64,000 nt of DNA, taken from the NCBI GenBank assembly GCA_051294375.1, contig CM119270.1, forward strand, positions 9,929,086 through 9,993,085. Direction: 5' to 3'. The position numbers and the translations under genes are program-made. The DNA comes from Paraspadella gotoi (Eukaryota; Animalia; Chaetognatha). Of this stretch, positions 39,421 to 51,560 are shown piece after piece (the first letter of the stretch is position 1; every line of letters begins with the position of its first letter). Below the pieces are notes generated by a model, which was given only the letters and a program-made list of their open reading frames with translations, made no database searches and was not told the DNA's origin.

Positions 39421-42400
39421 GCCCTGGATCCCTGAAGGTGGAATGCCGCTGCACCCTGCAGGGGTCTGAAACTCCAAGAAGCAAACAAATCGCCTGCAGC
39501 GGATGCAGCTCCTGCTACACCAACGTCAAACGGTTGTGAGAGCCCACCAAAAGGCCTAAGGGTTGTTGAGAGGCACCAAAAGGGCTAAGGGTTGTGAGGA
39601 GGCCACCAATATATCTATGGTTGTGAAGGCACCTAATATTATANNNNNNNNNNNNNNNNNNNNNNNNNNNNNNNNNNNNNNNNNNNNNNNNNNNNNNNNN
39701 NNNNNNNNNNNNNNNNNNNNNNNNNNNNNNNNNNNNNNNNNNNTTACCATGAAAAATCGTTTTTAGTTTCTTCTTAATTAAGAATGATATCGTATTTGGA
39801 ATGATCGTCGTAAAAGAAATCATGTCTTACTGTATATTGAAAGCATAGAAATTCACCCAGAGACTTCTATGTTATAAAGAGAAGATAACTATAACCAACC
39901 GTTTTTTTAAATAAAGGGTGTTTCATATTTATCAGTGGGAAAAAAAGAAATAATAGTTAGTAAAGTTCCAAATTCATTGTTGAAAATACCCAAATAGAAA
40001 TCACTGCCCTAGATTTTCTGATATTTTCTTTTTTGCGTAGCCACTACCCACAGACATTTCGACATGAAGCCATATAAACAATTCTGAGACTATAAAGTTT
40101 TTTGTGAACTTAAATTTTTTCAATTCATAAATAAATAACTTATGACACAATGAAAAATAACGTGGCGAAACGGTCTCGTGCTGATTTTGTCCCTTTAAAA
40201 TTGTTTCTGAGCCAAATTAATTGATCATTACTTTTGGTAATATGTGCGATATACACTACTGGACATTACTGTATCTGACCATAACCCTTGACCATCAACA
40301 AAAAAGCTAACAAGATCAAAAATAGTAAAAAAGATGATGCAATATAGCTCGAAACGCTTACAAAATTTTAGACCATTGCTTTTATAAATGCAAAAAAAAT
40401 ATTAATATTATTAAAACAAAACTTTAACGATAACCTAATAGTTAACCGAGACCAAGATGAATATTTTTTTACCCATCATTTCCTCAATTTATATGAATCA
40501 TTTGTTTGTAATTAGCACATTAATCTAAATAACAATATGACAAATTCATTTTCAATTTTCTTTATGAATGGGAAGTTTTCTCTGCTTACTCCCCTTGTGT
40601 CTAATTATTTAATATTTTAAAGGTATTTTCAAAAACCTTATATAATTACTATATTTTTCACTTTTTTTCAATTCTTTCAAACAAAAACAAATCATAAAAA
40701 CATTTTACATTAATAAAAAATTGATTGAATGATTTTGGAAAAAAATATTTTGAAACTTGAGAATAATGGATTATGAGTCAGGAAAAAAATTTTGCAATTC
40801 TAAAAAAATCAGCCTCTAGCCTTTCAATTTTTCTAAAGGCTGTTTTTTTTATTTTTTTGATATTTTGATTTTCTATGCAAAACCATTATTCTCAATGAGC
40901 ATAGGTCGGACGAAATTTTTTCCCAACAATTTGAAAAAATTTCAACTTTTCTAATTAGGCTTTTTGGGGGAAATAAAAAATAAATTATTATATGATGGGT
41001 ACATCTGAAAGTGATATGTCTCTATATGACAAAAAAATTTTTTCAAGTTTATTTTTGAAATTTAAGTATTGTACCAATAGAAATAAGTGAGATACTCCTG
41101 CTTTGCCAAAATTTTTATTTAACAAAGATTTGTACTGCGTAATTTAAAAAAAGTTATTTTTTTAAATAACTTTTGAAAGAAAAGAAGTAGCAAGGTGGAT
41201 GTGGTATCAAATTAAAGCCCTAATCATGGGACACCTTTCTAAAGAGTTTTATTAAATTAAATCCATAAACTTTACACAGCTTTTGTTTAAATCAGAGTTA
41301 AAAGTATAACAGTTTTTTGCTTTAAAAATTTCAATGAAGGCATATGAAATTTTTTTCTTTTCTTTTTATAATTTGAAAAATTACATTTTGTTTATTATTA
41401 ATTTTTTTTATTCCATAAAATTAGTTATATTTTTCAGTTAAAGTAAAAAAACAAGCAAAAATTTATGTTATAGCTTGATAAAATGTATTTTTAAATATTA
41501 AAAATAATAAATACAAAAATGTTTTCAGCTTGATATAAACAGTCTGGACATCTACCTTCTTGTCTGTGAAAAAAAAATTGTCATTTTTCATTATCTTTAA
41601 CTGCAAACTAAAAGCTTGACACCACTGCTTGTTTATCATAATAAAGTTGTAAAAAATTATATAGCTGGTAACATATTTGACAAAGCAAAACATTATTGTG
41701 TTAAATTGTATTGATAATTTTTTTTTTAAATATAGCAAGGAATTTAATTCTATTATTTATCATCCATTTTAATTAAGAAAAAATATTTCTCGTAATAGCC
41801 CATTGGAAAGGGTTCATTGACTGACTTAATGATAAAATTTTTTAGATTTCTTTACTGCCCCCATTTCACAAGATATAAAAGGTCATGGTTATCATGTCAA
41901 TAAGTCCAGATTATCTGTACCCTTTCTGCAACCTGCATTCCAAATTTTATTTTTTTCCCTTTCAAATGTATTAAATAAAAAAATTATTTGAGAGAACAAT
42001 CGGCATGGAGGATGCCATTGGTAAGCCTTAGTTACCCCACTTCCCGATCAAATTTTTAAATGAGGTTTTTTTTCGCTCTATTTGAGACATAACACCAACT
42101 ATTAGTACTATTATTTTTTTTCTATTACAATTCTATGAATAAATATGAATAAGTAACTTTTTTTAAAAATTTATTATCTTTCACCCTATATTCAGTCATA
42201 TCTAAAAAACAAAAAAAGATTTTGCATTGATATTTTGGATATCAACATATGAAACTATAACGTTTCAAAAAATAAAAAGAATATAATAATATTGAACAGT
42301 GAATTTTTTTTATGCACGGAACAGTAACGTTACGCCATTTTTCATTGTTTCTTATTGACAAAATTCTCCAAAAACTGATGCTAAAAATTAAAATTAAAGA

Positions 42401-43244
42401 CCTTTTAAGGAAATATTTTTAAAAGAGAGAAAAAATACGTCAACTCAAGACCTAAAACGTTTCGCATATCTCCCGCATCATGTTTTTTCAAGAGTTTCTT
42501 TCCTAATTTTCCATCGCCGAAAGAAATCACAAATTAGATTTATATTTGATGAACAGCAAAAAAGTTTGGGAAAAAGAAAAAAAGACTTAGTGGAAAAAGT
42601 AATGAATAAAAAAGTCTGAACGAATAAAAGGAAAAAAATTTCTGACCTCAAAATACATTTTTAAGTGAAAAACTACGAGCATAAAAAAAAAAAGAAAAGA
42701 AAAAAACATGAATAATTTCTTTAAACATTAATTAGACGTTCTTATCCCATCTCCGGTTTTGCATATCATCATTCAAATTATTTTCGCTTCACGCTTGAGT
42801 TGGATTCCACAAATAGTTGCCACAGGAAGACCCTATTCAGGCCCATCCAAAGTTTAAACCGTTTATTCTAATCAAATATTGTTAAATATAATTATATTTT
42901 AAAAGGATTTTGACATTCTTTCCTCTCTCGTTTCTCAGATTCTTCTCAGAACAAAGAAATGTTTCGCATTTCAAATTCAAATCTGAAAAAAAATGTTTGT
43001 CGTTCGTCTTAATTAAAAAAAAGATTGTGACTCAGAATCTAAACTTCGTTTCTGTGACGGGGACCTGTCACTTCTCTACGATTTCACCCCCTCCATCCCC
43101 CACCCCCCCTTTCGTGTTACACATCATCTCCTCCGGCGATTCGAAGTTGTCTCTCGATGCGTGAGAAATGTTAACGACAACGAATTTCGAGTTTATGTAC
43201 CATCGAAAAATATTACTACTATACTAGTAACGTAGAATATCATC

Positions 43245-43277
43245 ATTTTCATCCTCATCATCAATCATCCATCATCA

Positions 43278-43353
<76 letters not shown>
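43245..43353 (+). repeat. (ATC)n microsatellite
   Basis: Visible. Confidence 0.95.
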
Positions 43354-43354
<1 letters not shown>

Positions 43355-43421
43355 GCCGAGTCCTGAAAAATAGGGATGGCTTCGGTCAGCAGTACTAGCC
43401 CTAAAAAAACCTTTTCCTCAC

Positions 43422-43632
43422 CTTGGCGGCGACCAAAAGCACGACGAAGAGAAGGTGGAAGGCGCCGGCGCCGCAGGGCAGCGCTGCCGCGACGACGGCG
43501 TCGTGGAGCCACGCCGGAAATCGATTTTCGGCGTTGTAGGCGTCTATGTAGAGAGACGCCGACCGCGCCGCCGAGAGGAGGAGGAGGAAGAGGTGGGAGA
43601 AGACGAGACAGATGCGGCCGGCGAATGGGTGA
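43422..43632 (-). CDS. PRRT3/4-like exon 2 (TM2-TM3)
   Basis: cacag| (S)HPFAGRICLVFSHLFLLLLSAARSASLYIDAYNAENRFPAWLHDAVVAAALPCGAGAFHLLFVVLLVAAK |gtgagg; phase 2 in, 0 out. Confidence 0.9.
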
Positions 43633-46206
43633 CTGTGGTGGATGGGAGTGTGGGGAAGAGTGGGGAATGCGTGGGGAAGAGTGGGGAATGTGTAAGGCGG
43701 ATTAAGATGTGGGCAGGGTGGGAAGGATGTGGAAAAAAAAGGAAAAATGTGGGATGATTGAAAAGGCGGCTCTCTAACAGCGTACTTTAACATCAAGAAA
43801 AAACTATTGAGTGAAATAATCACGAAAAAAAGGACAAAAAATAAATAATTGAACAAAAGTAAAGAAAAAAAGCAAACATCGACCCAACAGCTGCACATCC
43901 GAATCATTAGAATTCTTTCCTTCGGTTTAATCGTCTGCTGTTCATCTCTTCATCTCCACCTGTCGAGTGACGATCGATCTGTCCATGTCAAACCTTTGAC
44001 CCCTAGAGCAATTTTTCAAAAGCTTCTCGAAGAGTTTTTAACCATAAAAAAAACTAGAAGCAACAATCCAGTCTTAATAAATAAATAAATTAATAGATCT
44101 CTATTTTGTTAAATAAAATAGTGAAATAATAATACCGTGTACCTTTTTAAATGTACAATCCTACATTTTTTTTAATTATACCTCAGTACAATAATAAATG
44201 AAATAACAGACTGATCGAAAATTATTTTTTGAGTCAGGTAAAAGACGTGATTACTGATTGTAATTATAAAGCTCTAGCGTATTGAACTTGAATATACATT
44301 AAAGAAAGTTTTTCCCCCAGGAGTCTGAAATCGAAGTCTCCAAGATTTCTTTCAAGTCTCAATCAGAGCGCGATTAGTAATTAAAACCTTTTTCGATCTT
44401 CTTACTAGATCTCCTACCGCCTAGTAAGCAGGTAAGGAATGAAGAATCAAGATGCTTTAAAGAGTAAGAACTGTTTTGGTTGTATATTAAAACATTTGTA
44501 TCAATTGTCCTATTGTTCTATTATTTTTAATTTTCTTAAATTCTGTTGTAGCATTTAGTATCGGCAGCGTTTGCTTCCTGGTCGATGTACTATTGATGTG
44601 TCGTTTGATGTTATTGCTTTGCCAGTTACGTTTTCGTTGGCGTCATCATCGTTTACGTCGTCCTCTTCAAGATATCCGTCATTCTAATAACTGTCAAAAA
44701 CCATTTTTCCAACAATACGGAACACTTCAACGGGTGACGAGGTAAGCTGAAGGTAAGGAAGAAAGAAGTAAAAACAAAAGCGTTACAATATCGTCGCAAA
44801 CGCTAAGCGATTGCGACGATAAAAATGACTCAAAGAAACACACGAGTAAGTAATAGGTAGGTGATAGGTAAGGTAAGTTCGACTCTGGCGGTTGGCGTTT
44901 ATTGGACGGGACTGGTTGTCGCTGTCGATTGGTAAATTCAAATCATTTTGGATGAAAGAGGTCATAGGTGATTGAAGACTACTAATGTCTACTAATTATC
45001 TGCAGTCGAGAGAAACAATTTTTACCTTAATCAGCTCTCATTTGCAAAGTCTGACTTGGTTCGATTTAATTGGCTTCAACTCAGATACTGGGCGTACCTT
45101 TCTCTGCCCCCAAGCGGCGATAAGCGCGGGCCCCCGGGGCGTTTGCTCCAAACCCGTGGTAGTGGTGGCCTTTTTTGGTAGTTGTTTTTCGTGTGATGAA
45201 AGCTTTAAGAGTAAGCTAAAGAAGTGTAAATGGTGGAGTGATTGATCGCTATATCGAGGATCGATACTTAAACTTGAAGAAGCTTCTTGACGGAGAGTTG
45301 GTGTAGTACATGAAGTTTAAGAGGAAAGTTCGATATAAGGAAATGTAGGGCGCGAGCGAGAGAGATCTGGCGCGGGGGATCTCGTTTTTATTGTCGATCG
45401 AAAGCCCACAAATCTTTTGACAAAAAGACCGAATAAGATCAGATTCACAATCGATCTTGACTCCACCTCGTGTGCTAGTTAAGTATCCCTTTAATTAAAT
45501 ATCCTAATTTAATTATACCATCTTTTACTTAATTTAAACTACATCGACCTATATGTGACAGCAAATATTTGCATGCATGTAAATTCAACACATAGTTAAA
45601 TGATTAATCATATATACATATGTTAATGATATATCATAAACGAGGAGAAAAAAAGAAATTAGGTCACCAATAATGATCATCCTCAGATTAATCGAGTCAA
45701 GCCGCTTTGCTGTTTGCATTAAAGAAAAAAGGCCGATCGACGCATCCACTCACGATCGAAATATTTGGAAACGACAAAAGAGGCTTTTAACCTAAAAAAG
45801 TGGAAAAGGCCAAGGTGAAGACTGAAGACCCTTTCACTGACTCTGAGCCCGAGGAGGCGCGGGATCAAAGGCAAGTGACCGATAAAAAGGGGGGAGGCGA
45901 CAAAAGGCGAACGACTAGATCGTCAAGTCAACAAACGTCGACAGATATCAACAAATGTCAACAGATGCGAGTAGATTCGATAATCGACGAAACCACGTTT
46001 ATTTTGTCTTTAGGGATTCAGCGCTCAGCAGTGTTAAAGGCCTAGAGATGAAGAAATAAAACTATCAATCAATCAATTTATGATTTAATAGATCATTGAA
46101 TTAAATAGAAATATTACTAAATCAAGGGATTGTTTACTAAATAAATGGTTATTTACTAAATGAATGGACTATTTACTAAATGAATGGACTATTGACTAAA
46201 TTAAAA

Positions 46207-46246
<40 letters not shown>

Positions 46247-46268
46247 TATCAATCTATCAATAAATCAC

Positions 46269-46507
46269 CTGAAGCACAGCCGTATGACGCTAAAAAGAGC
46301 CATGAGGCCGACGAAGGCGAAGGCGGCGACGCCGGCCCATCGATGAGCCGTCCAGGCGACGCCGAGTTGGTCGATGGCGGCGTCGAAATCCGGCGTCGGA
46401 TCGGGAATCGGAAGTCCGAATAGCGACGTCGGCGGCGTGCCGGCGTTGAGCGACGTCGTGGGTGGCGTGGTCGCCGGTGGAGGCGGCGTCGCGCCGCTGG
46501 ACGTCAT
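46269..46507 (-). CDS. PRRT3/4-like exon 1 (N-terminus and TM1)
   Basis: Acceptor ctccag at 46534-36; MTSSGATPPPPATT...PDFDAAIDQLGVAWTAHRWAGVAAFAFVGLMALFSVIRLCF; phase-2 donor gtga. The frame is open back to the acceptor (46533), so an upstream coding exon is possible. Confidence 0.88.
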
Positions 46508-47352
46508 GGTTGAGTTCGACCCCAAAAAATTATCTGGAGGAGAAAGAGAAAGAGGAGAAGTCAAGTGGCGAGGATAAAATTAAAGGAAGTCTGACCTCGG
46601 GTCGGCTTATTTTTTTTTTAAGTTTTATTGTCGGTCGTCGTCGTCGTCGTTCTTGTTCGTTTTTGACAATTTATTCACGGGTACATAAAACACTTCAACA
46701 AAAAAATAGTTTTTGAAACGTAAAGTTTTGAGGAACTTGAAGTGTAAAAACAAGGAATTTAAAATGAAAAAACCGTTTCGAGTTTTTAATCGGCAATTCT
46801 CCGCTACAGGAATTCGCGGGCGCCGCGATATCAAACTGAGAATTACAAAAAAAGATTTATTTCGGTTTTCGTTCGTTTGAAGGAGAAAAAAATCGCGGGA
46901 TTTATAGATATTTGATGTCGTTGATCTCTTATAAATATATCCGGTGTTTACGGCTCGAGGACAGAAACGTGTGGAATCTGTAGATTTATCGCGAGGGTGG
47001 CTAAAATAGATGATCTAAATAAGATATAGGTTTGCTGTAGCTTGTCTGTAGGTTTAATCGCTTTTTAATGTGCGAATGTACATCGAATTTATTTATTGAG
47101 GTAGACGTTTACGACAGAAAAAGTGCAAAGATTTAAATTTTTCCCCTTCCTTTTTAAAATATTTATGGGCGAAAAAATCTCTAATTAGTTTAACACCTGG
47201 GGCAAAAAAACCTAGTTACCAAGTATTTGTAAATAAAGTGTATTAATATTAAAATAGCTCGAAATAATTATAAAAACATTATTAGTGTCCTGTTCTTAGA
47301 TAAAAATGAATATGAATGCAGATGCTTGAAGGCGTATTCATCTTTTTTAAGG

Positions 47353-48380
47353 AAAACAAGTTTGAGCAAACAATGTCGGATCTGCCTACGAAAACTAATT
47401 AATTAATTAATCGATTAATTAATTAATTAATTAATTTTAATATTTAATATTTAATAATTAATTATAAATTTATATACAGCTTAACATATCGATGTCCTTA
47501 AAATAAAGTAAATGTGACTTATATTTTTTCAATTTAAACTCATTTCCACTGGCAACATTTCGTCAAAACTTTACATCTAGCTTCTTTCACAAACTTTCCT
47601 TCCCGCTCACAAAATTTTATCTCAATCTATTATGGATTAAAATAAGTAAAAAGAGTCAAGTAAATATGACTCTATTTTTTTCATTTAAACTCATTTCCAC
47701 TCAGCCAATCACGAGTTATTGGGGCTTTTTGCTAAGGTAGGACAGATGGACGGATTGATTGACTGATTAATAAATTAGTGATTAATTAATTTACTAATTG
47801 ATTAATTAACTGATTAATTATTTGATTTTTAATACATCCTGCATATACATTTAATATAAAAGGAAAAAAATCATAATCAATTAGTGAAACAGGTTTTTTG
47901 TTTTTTTTTAATTTAAACTCATTTCCACTCAAACTATTCCATCGAAACTTGATTTCCTGTTCAATCACACACTTTCCTATTCACATACAAAATTCCAGGT
48001 AATCAGCCCATCCACTCATGAGCAATTGGTGTTCAAATAGTGAATATATTTTTTTGTTTTTTCCATTTAAACTCATTTCCACATGGACGATTCCATCGAA
48101 ACTTCATACCAGCTCAATCACACACTTACCTATCCACACACAAAATTTTATTCAAATCCATCCATCCATCACGAGTAATTGGTGTTTTTTGCTAAGGTGG
48201 CACGGACGGACGGACAGACGGACGGACGGACGGACATCATTTTTTTTGCATAATTTATCATAATTCGATGTTCTGACATGATATAAGTTAGTGCCCGACA
48301 ATATTGAGGGGGCGGACCGACGGACCGACAAAGTGAATTATAGAGTCGGGATCTGCTGATAAGCAGATCCAACTAAAAAA
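47353..48380 (-). mobile_element. DINE-1/HINE-like element, (ATTA)n subfamily
   Basis: Same termini as the other copies; the 18-bp array is replaced by a TTAA-rich tract. Confidence 0.85.
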
Positions 48381-49371
48381 AAGAGAAAATTCTTCAGTGT
48401 CCGATGTTACTGTCAAAACTTATTTTGTCTTTCGCGGGAGATTTTTTTTTTTTAAGGAAAAACCTTCACAAAAACAGATTCACGTTTCGAAAAAAAAAAG
48501 TTAGGAATTGGCGGCGATGGTTTCGAACCTCTCATCCCCGGGGGTGTGGAGGAGGAGGAGGAGGAGGGGGAAGTTGAGGTTGAGCCTGGTCCGAGAGTCA
48601 GAAAAGTTAAAGACGTGAAAAGTGTCCGTGGTCGAACCGCGCATCTGATTAAATCAAGAGAAGCGAAGATGACCGATCCGTGATTTGGTAATCGAGTCGT
48701 TGATGTGTTGGTAAGAAAATAAAAGATTTGGTGCTAAGAATTGAGGGATCGGGTGATGCTGGAGATCCGATAAGGATATATCGACGATAACCAATTAAAA
48801 GGACGGGTTCATGATGAAATGTTAACTTGCATCGAAAGAAAGAAATCATTGTTGTGGTGATCGACAACTTGGTGATTGGTGAATCGGTGATACGGTGATC
48901 CGGTGATTCGGCCCATCCCTTATATCCGGGATCTTTCAAGGGCCAAACAAATTCGCGAGCCGTGAGTGAGTCACCCGTGAATCGATAGAGATACCGGAGG
49001 AGGAGGACGAGACCGGTTGGGCTTTTTTTATTCTTTTGGTCGTCGTCGTCTTCTTTGGCTTCGTCTTCATCGTCGTCGTCGTTTTCGTTGTCAGCGTCAT
49101 CGTCCGTTTGGCGGTTGAAAAGTGGCCGAGCGAGTCTCCCCGAAAGGTTGATGCATTTAAAGTTTATTTTAAAAAAATAATTTTTTGAAATCGGAGAATG
49201 AATCGAAATTATGCGAATTTAACCGAAGAGGTCATAGAAAGTTCGATGAAATGATACTTTTTTATTAGGATCCGAATTTTTTTGGGAGAGAAAGTTGTTT
49301 TCCTCTTCCTTCTAATTACGCGAACTCAAATTTGATACGAAATAAGAATTTTTATTTTACGATTTTGTTTC

Positions 49372-50443
49372 TTTTTTTAGTCGGACCTGCTTATCAGCAG
49401 ATCCCGACTCTATAATTCACTTTGTCGGTCCGTCGGTCCGCCCCCTCAATATTGTCGGGCACTAGCTTATATCATGTCAGAACATCGAATTATGATAAAT
49501 TATGCAAAAAAAATTATGTCCGTCCGTCTGTCCGTCCGTCCGTCCGTCCGTCCGTCCGTCCGTCCGTCCGTCCGTCCGTCCGTCCGTCCGTCCGTCCGTC
49601 CGTCCGTCCCACCTTAGCAAAAAACACCAATTACTCGTGATTGGATGGATGGATTTGAATGAAATTTTGTGTGTGGGTAGGGAAGTGTGTGATTGAGCTG
49701 GATATAAAGTTTCCATGGAATCGTCTCAGTGGAAATAAGCTTAAATGGAAAAAACAAAAAAATATAGTTCACTATTTGAACACCAATTGCTCATGAGTGT
49801 CAATCAATCCATCCATCCGTCCCACCTTAGCAAAAAGCCCCAATAACTCATGATTGGCTGGTTGGATCGGAATAAAATTTTATGTATGCGTAGGAACATG
49901 TGTGATGAAGCTGGATATAAAGTTTTGACGGAATCATGTGAGTGGATATGAGTTTAAATGGAAAAAACAAAAAAACAAAAAGGCGTTTACTAAAATCTTT
50001 TTACTTATTTTAACCAATAATTGGATGAATAGATTGAGTTCAAATTTTGTGTGTGGGTAGGAAAATGTGTGATGAAGCTTGATATAAAGTTTCGGTATGA
50101 GTGGAAATGAGTTTAAATGAAAAAAATATGAGTCACATTTAGTTGACTCTTTTTACTTATTTCAACCCATAATAGATTGAGATGAAATTTTGTTAGCGGG
50201 AAGGAAAGTTTGTGAAGAAGTTAGATATAAAGTTTTGACGGAATTGTGCCAGTGGAAATGAGTTTAAATGGAAAAAATATAAGTCACATTTACTTTATTT
50301 TAAGGACATCTATGATGATAAGCTGTATATAAAATAATAATTAATTATTAAATATTAAAATTAATTAATTAATTAATCGATTAATTAATTAATTAATTAA
50401 TTTTCGTAGGCAGATCCGACATTGTTTGCTCAAACTTGTTTTT
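49372..50443 (+). mobile_element. DINE-1/HINE-like element, (ATTA)n subfamily, long (GTCC)n
   Basis: Both termini present; inverse of 47353-48380. Confidence 0.85.
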
Positions 50444-51560
50444 TTTTTATTGTTTTTGAGCTGAAGAAAATGATGATGAATCGAGAAAAAATGTAGTTGA
50501 ACAGAAGAAACCAGTTTTTGATTTTCGCTGTCTTTAAAACGAAATTGCGTCAGGTGACCGGGTTTTGTGTTTTGACTTCGTTAGGGGGTGTCAAGAGAAT
50601 TTTGACCCAGGTCATGGTTATGAAGCTTGGAGATGATGAGATGGTGAGATGGAAAATATAAGGTTTTAGTTTAGGTTATAAAACTACTAAACGATAAAAA
50701 TAATCTACTTAGACTTCTGAACATAGAACTGATTCTTCCTAAATCAGACACAAATTTACTAAATTTGCTGAATATTTCGATTAACGAATCTTCTTTGTGA
50801 TAAAACGGAGATAGATGCAAAACCTCACGATCTTCGTCGATCAAATGTCACTCCCTTCCTTTCAGGGGGCGTCATGGAATTTCGTCGTCGCCCACATTTT
50901 TTTGTCCTTCATTCGGAGGCGGAATAAGTTTGATATTGAAAAGACAATGAGATAAAAGTCGCGAAACACTTTTCTTCTTTTTTATAATCGGGAAGTTTTG
51001 AATTTCCGGGAAGTGAGAAATAAGAAATCCGCTCCATCTGTTATCTTTATTAACAATTTATTAAAAACGGAATCAGTTTCATCGGCTAATCGGTTTATCA
51101 ATTTTTATTCGGGGGAGGAGGTTGGGGGGGCAGGTGGAGGGTGTTTGGGGGGGTAGGCGGAGATTGGGGGGGTGGTAGGAAGGGGTTGGGGCGGCTGGGG
51201 GTGGAGGTTGTGGCGGTGGGAGGAGGTAGGAGGGAGGTAAAGAAGAATGTTGAGCGTCTCGTGTTTCTCATTAAAATTTTTCTTCGTTCTGGTTCCAAGG
51301 AAAAAAAACTTTGTAAGCAACAGATTAAGTTTCCCCTTTTATTTTTGTTTTTTAAAAAAATGGTCTTATGACGACAACGACGACGACGACGACGACTTCG
51401 ACAAGGATGGCATCGTAGAATGAAGAGAGCAGTATCCATCAGAAGATAACTTAATTTATGTAAGTTTTTAGTTTTTTATGTTCGGATTTAGGATTAGGTG
51501 AGGGTTAGTGGTTACTAACTGGTGAGGGTTGGGGATTGATTTATAGGTTCGGCTACAGAC

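Larger units (their letters stand above)
36280..40012. mobile_element. ~3.7 kb segment bounded by inverted repeats (putative TIR element with cargo)
   Basis: Perfect 19-bp inverted repeat CTAGGGCAGTGATTTCTAT (36280-98) / ATAGAAATCACTGCCCTAG (39994-40012), extended outward by TCAGAAAAT/ATTTTCTGA. Contains a 100-N gap. Confidence 0.55.
15503..46533 (-). other. Gene span: PRRT3/PRRT4-family (proline-rich transmembrane) 7-TM protein, at least 12 exons, at least 698 aa
   Basis: Twelve GT-AG exons join in consistent phase (2095 coding nt from ATG 46507). They give a Pro/Thr-rich N-terminus, seven hydrophobic segments and family motifs recalled from PRRT3/4: PDF..A...GVAWTAH, R...LYIDAY...LPC...F, YGVL...P.P.LWW.F...R.LE, SLLVVQDGFIR, FRPPS..I..SIE.EL. 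Confidence 0.85.

Noticed and set aside
40140-42355. Degenerate inverted ends (acaatgaaaaa...cgtgc) suggesting another TIR element
   Set aside because: Match too short and diverged in low-quality AT-rich sequence to call.
44240-45450. Coding-like relic or retroelement 5' region
   Set aside because: Stops in all frames, no motif and no second copy in the window.
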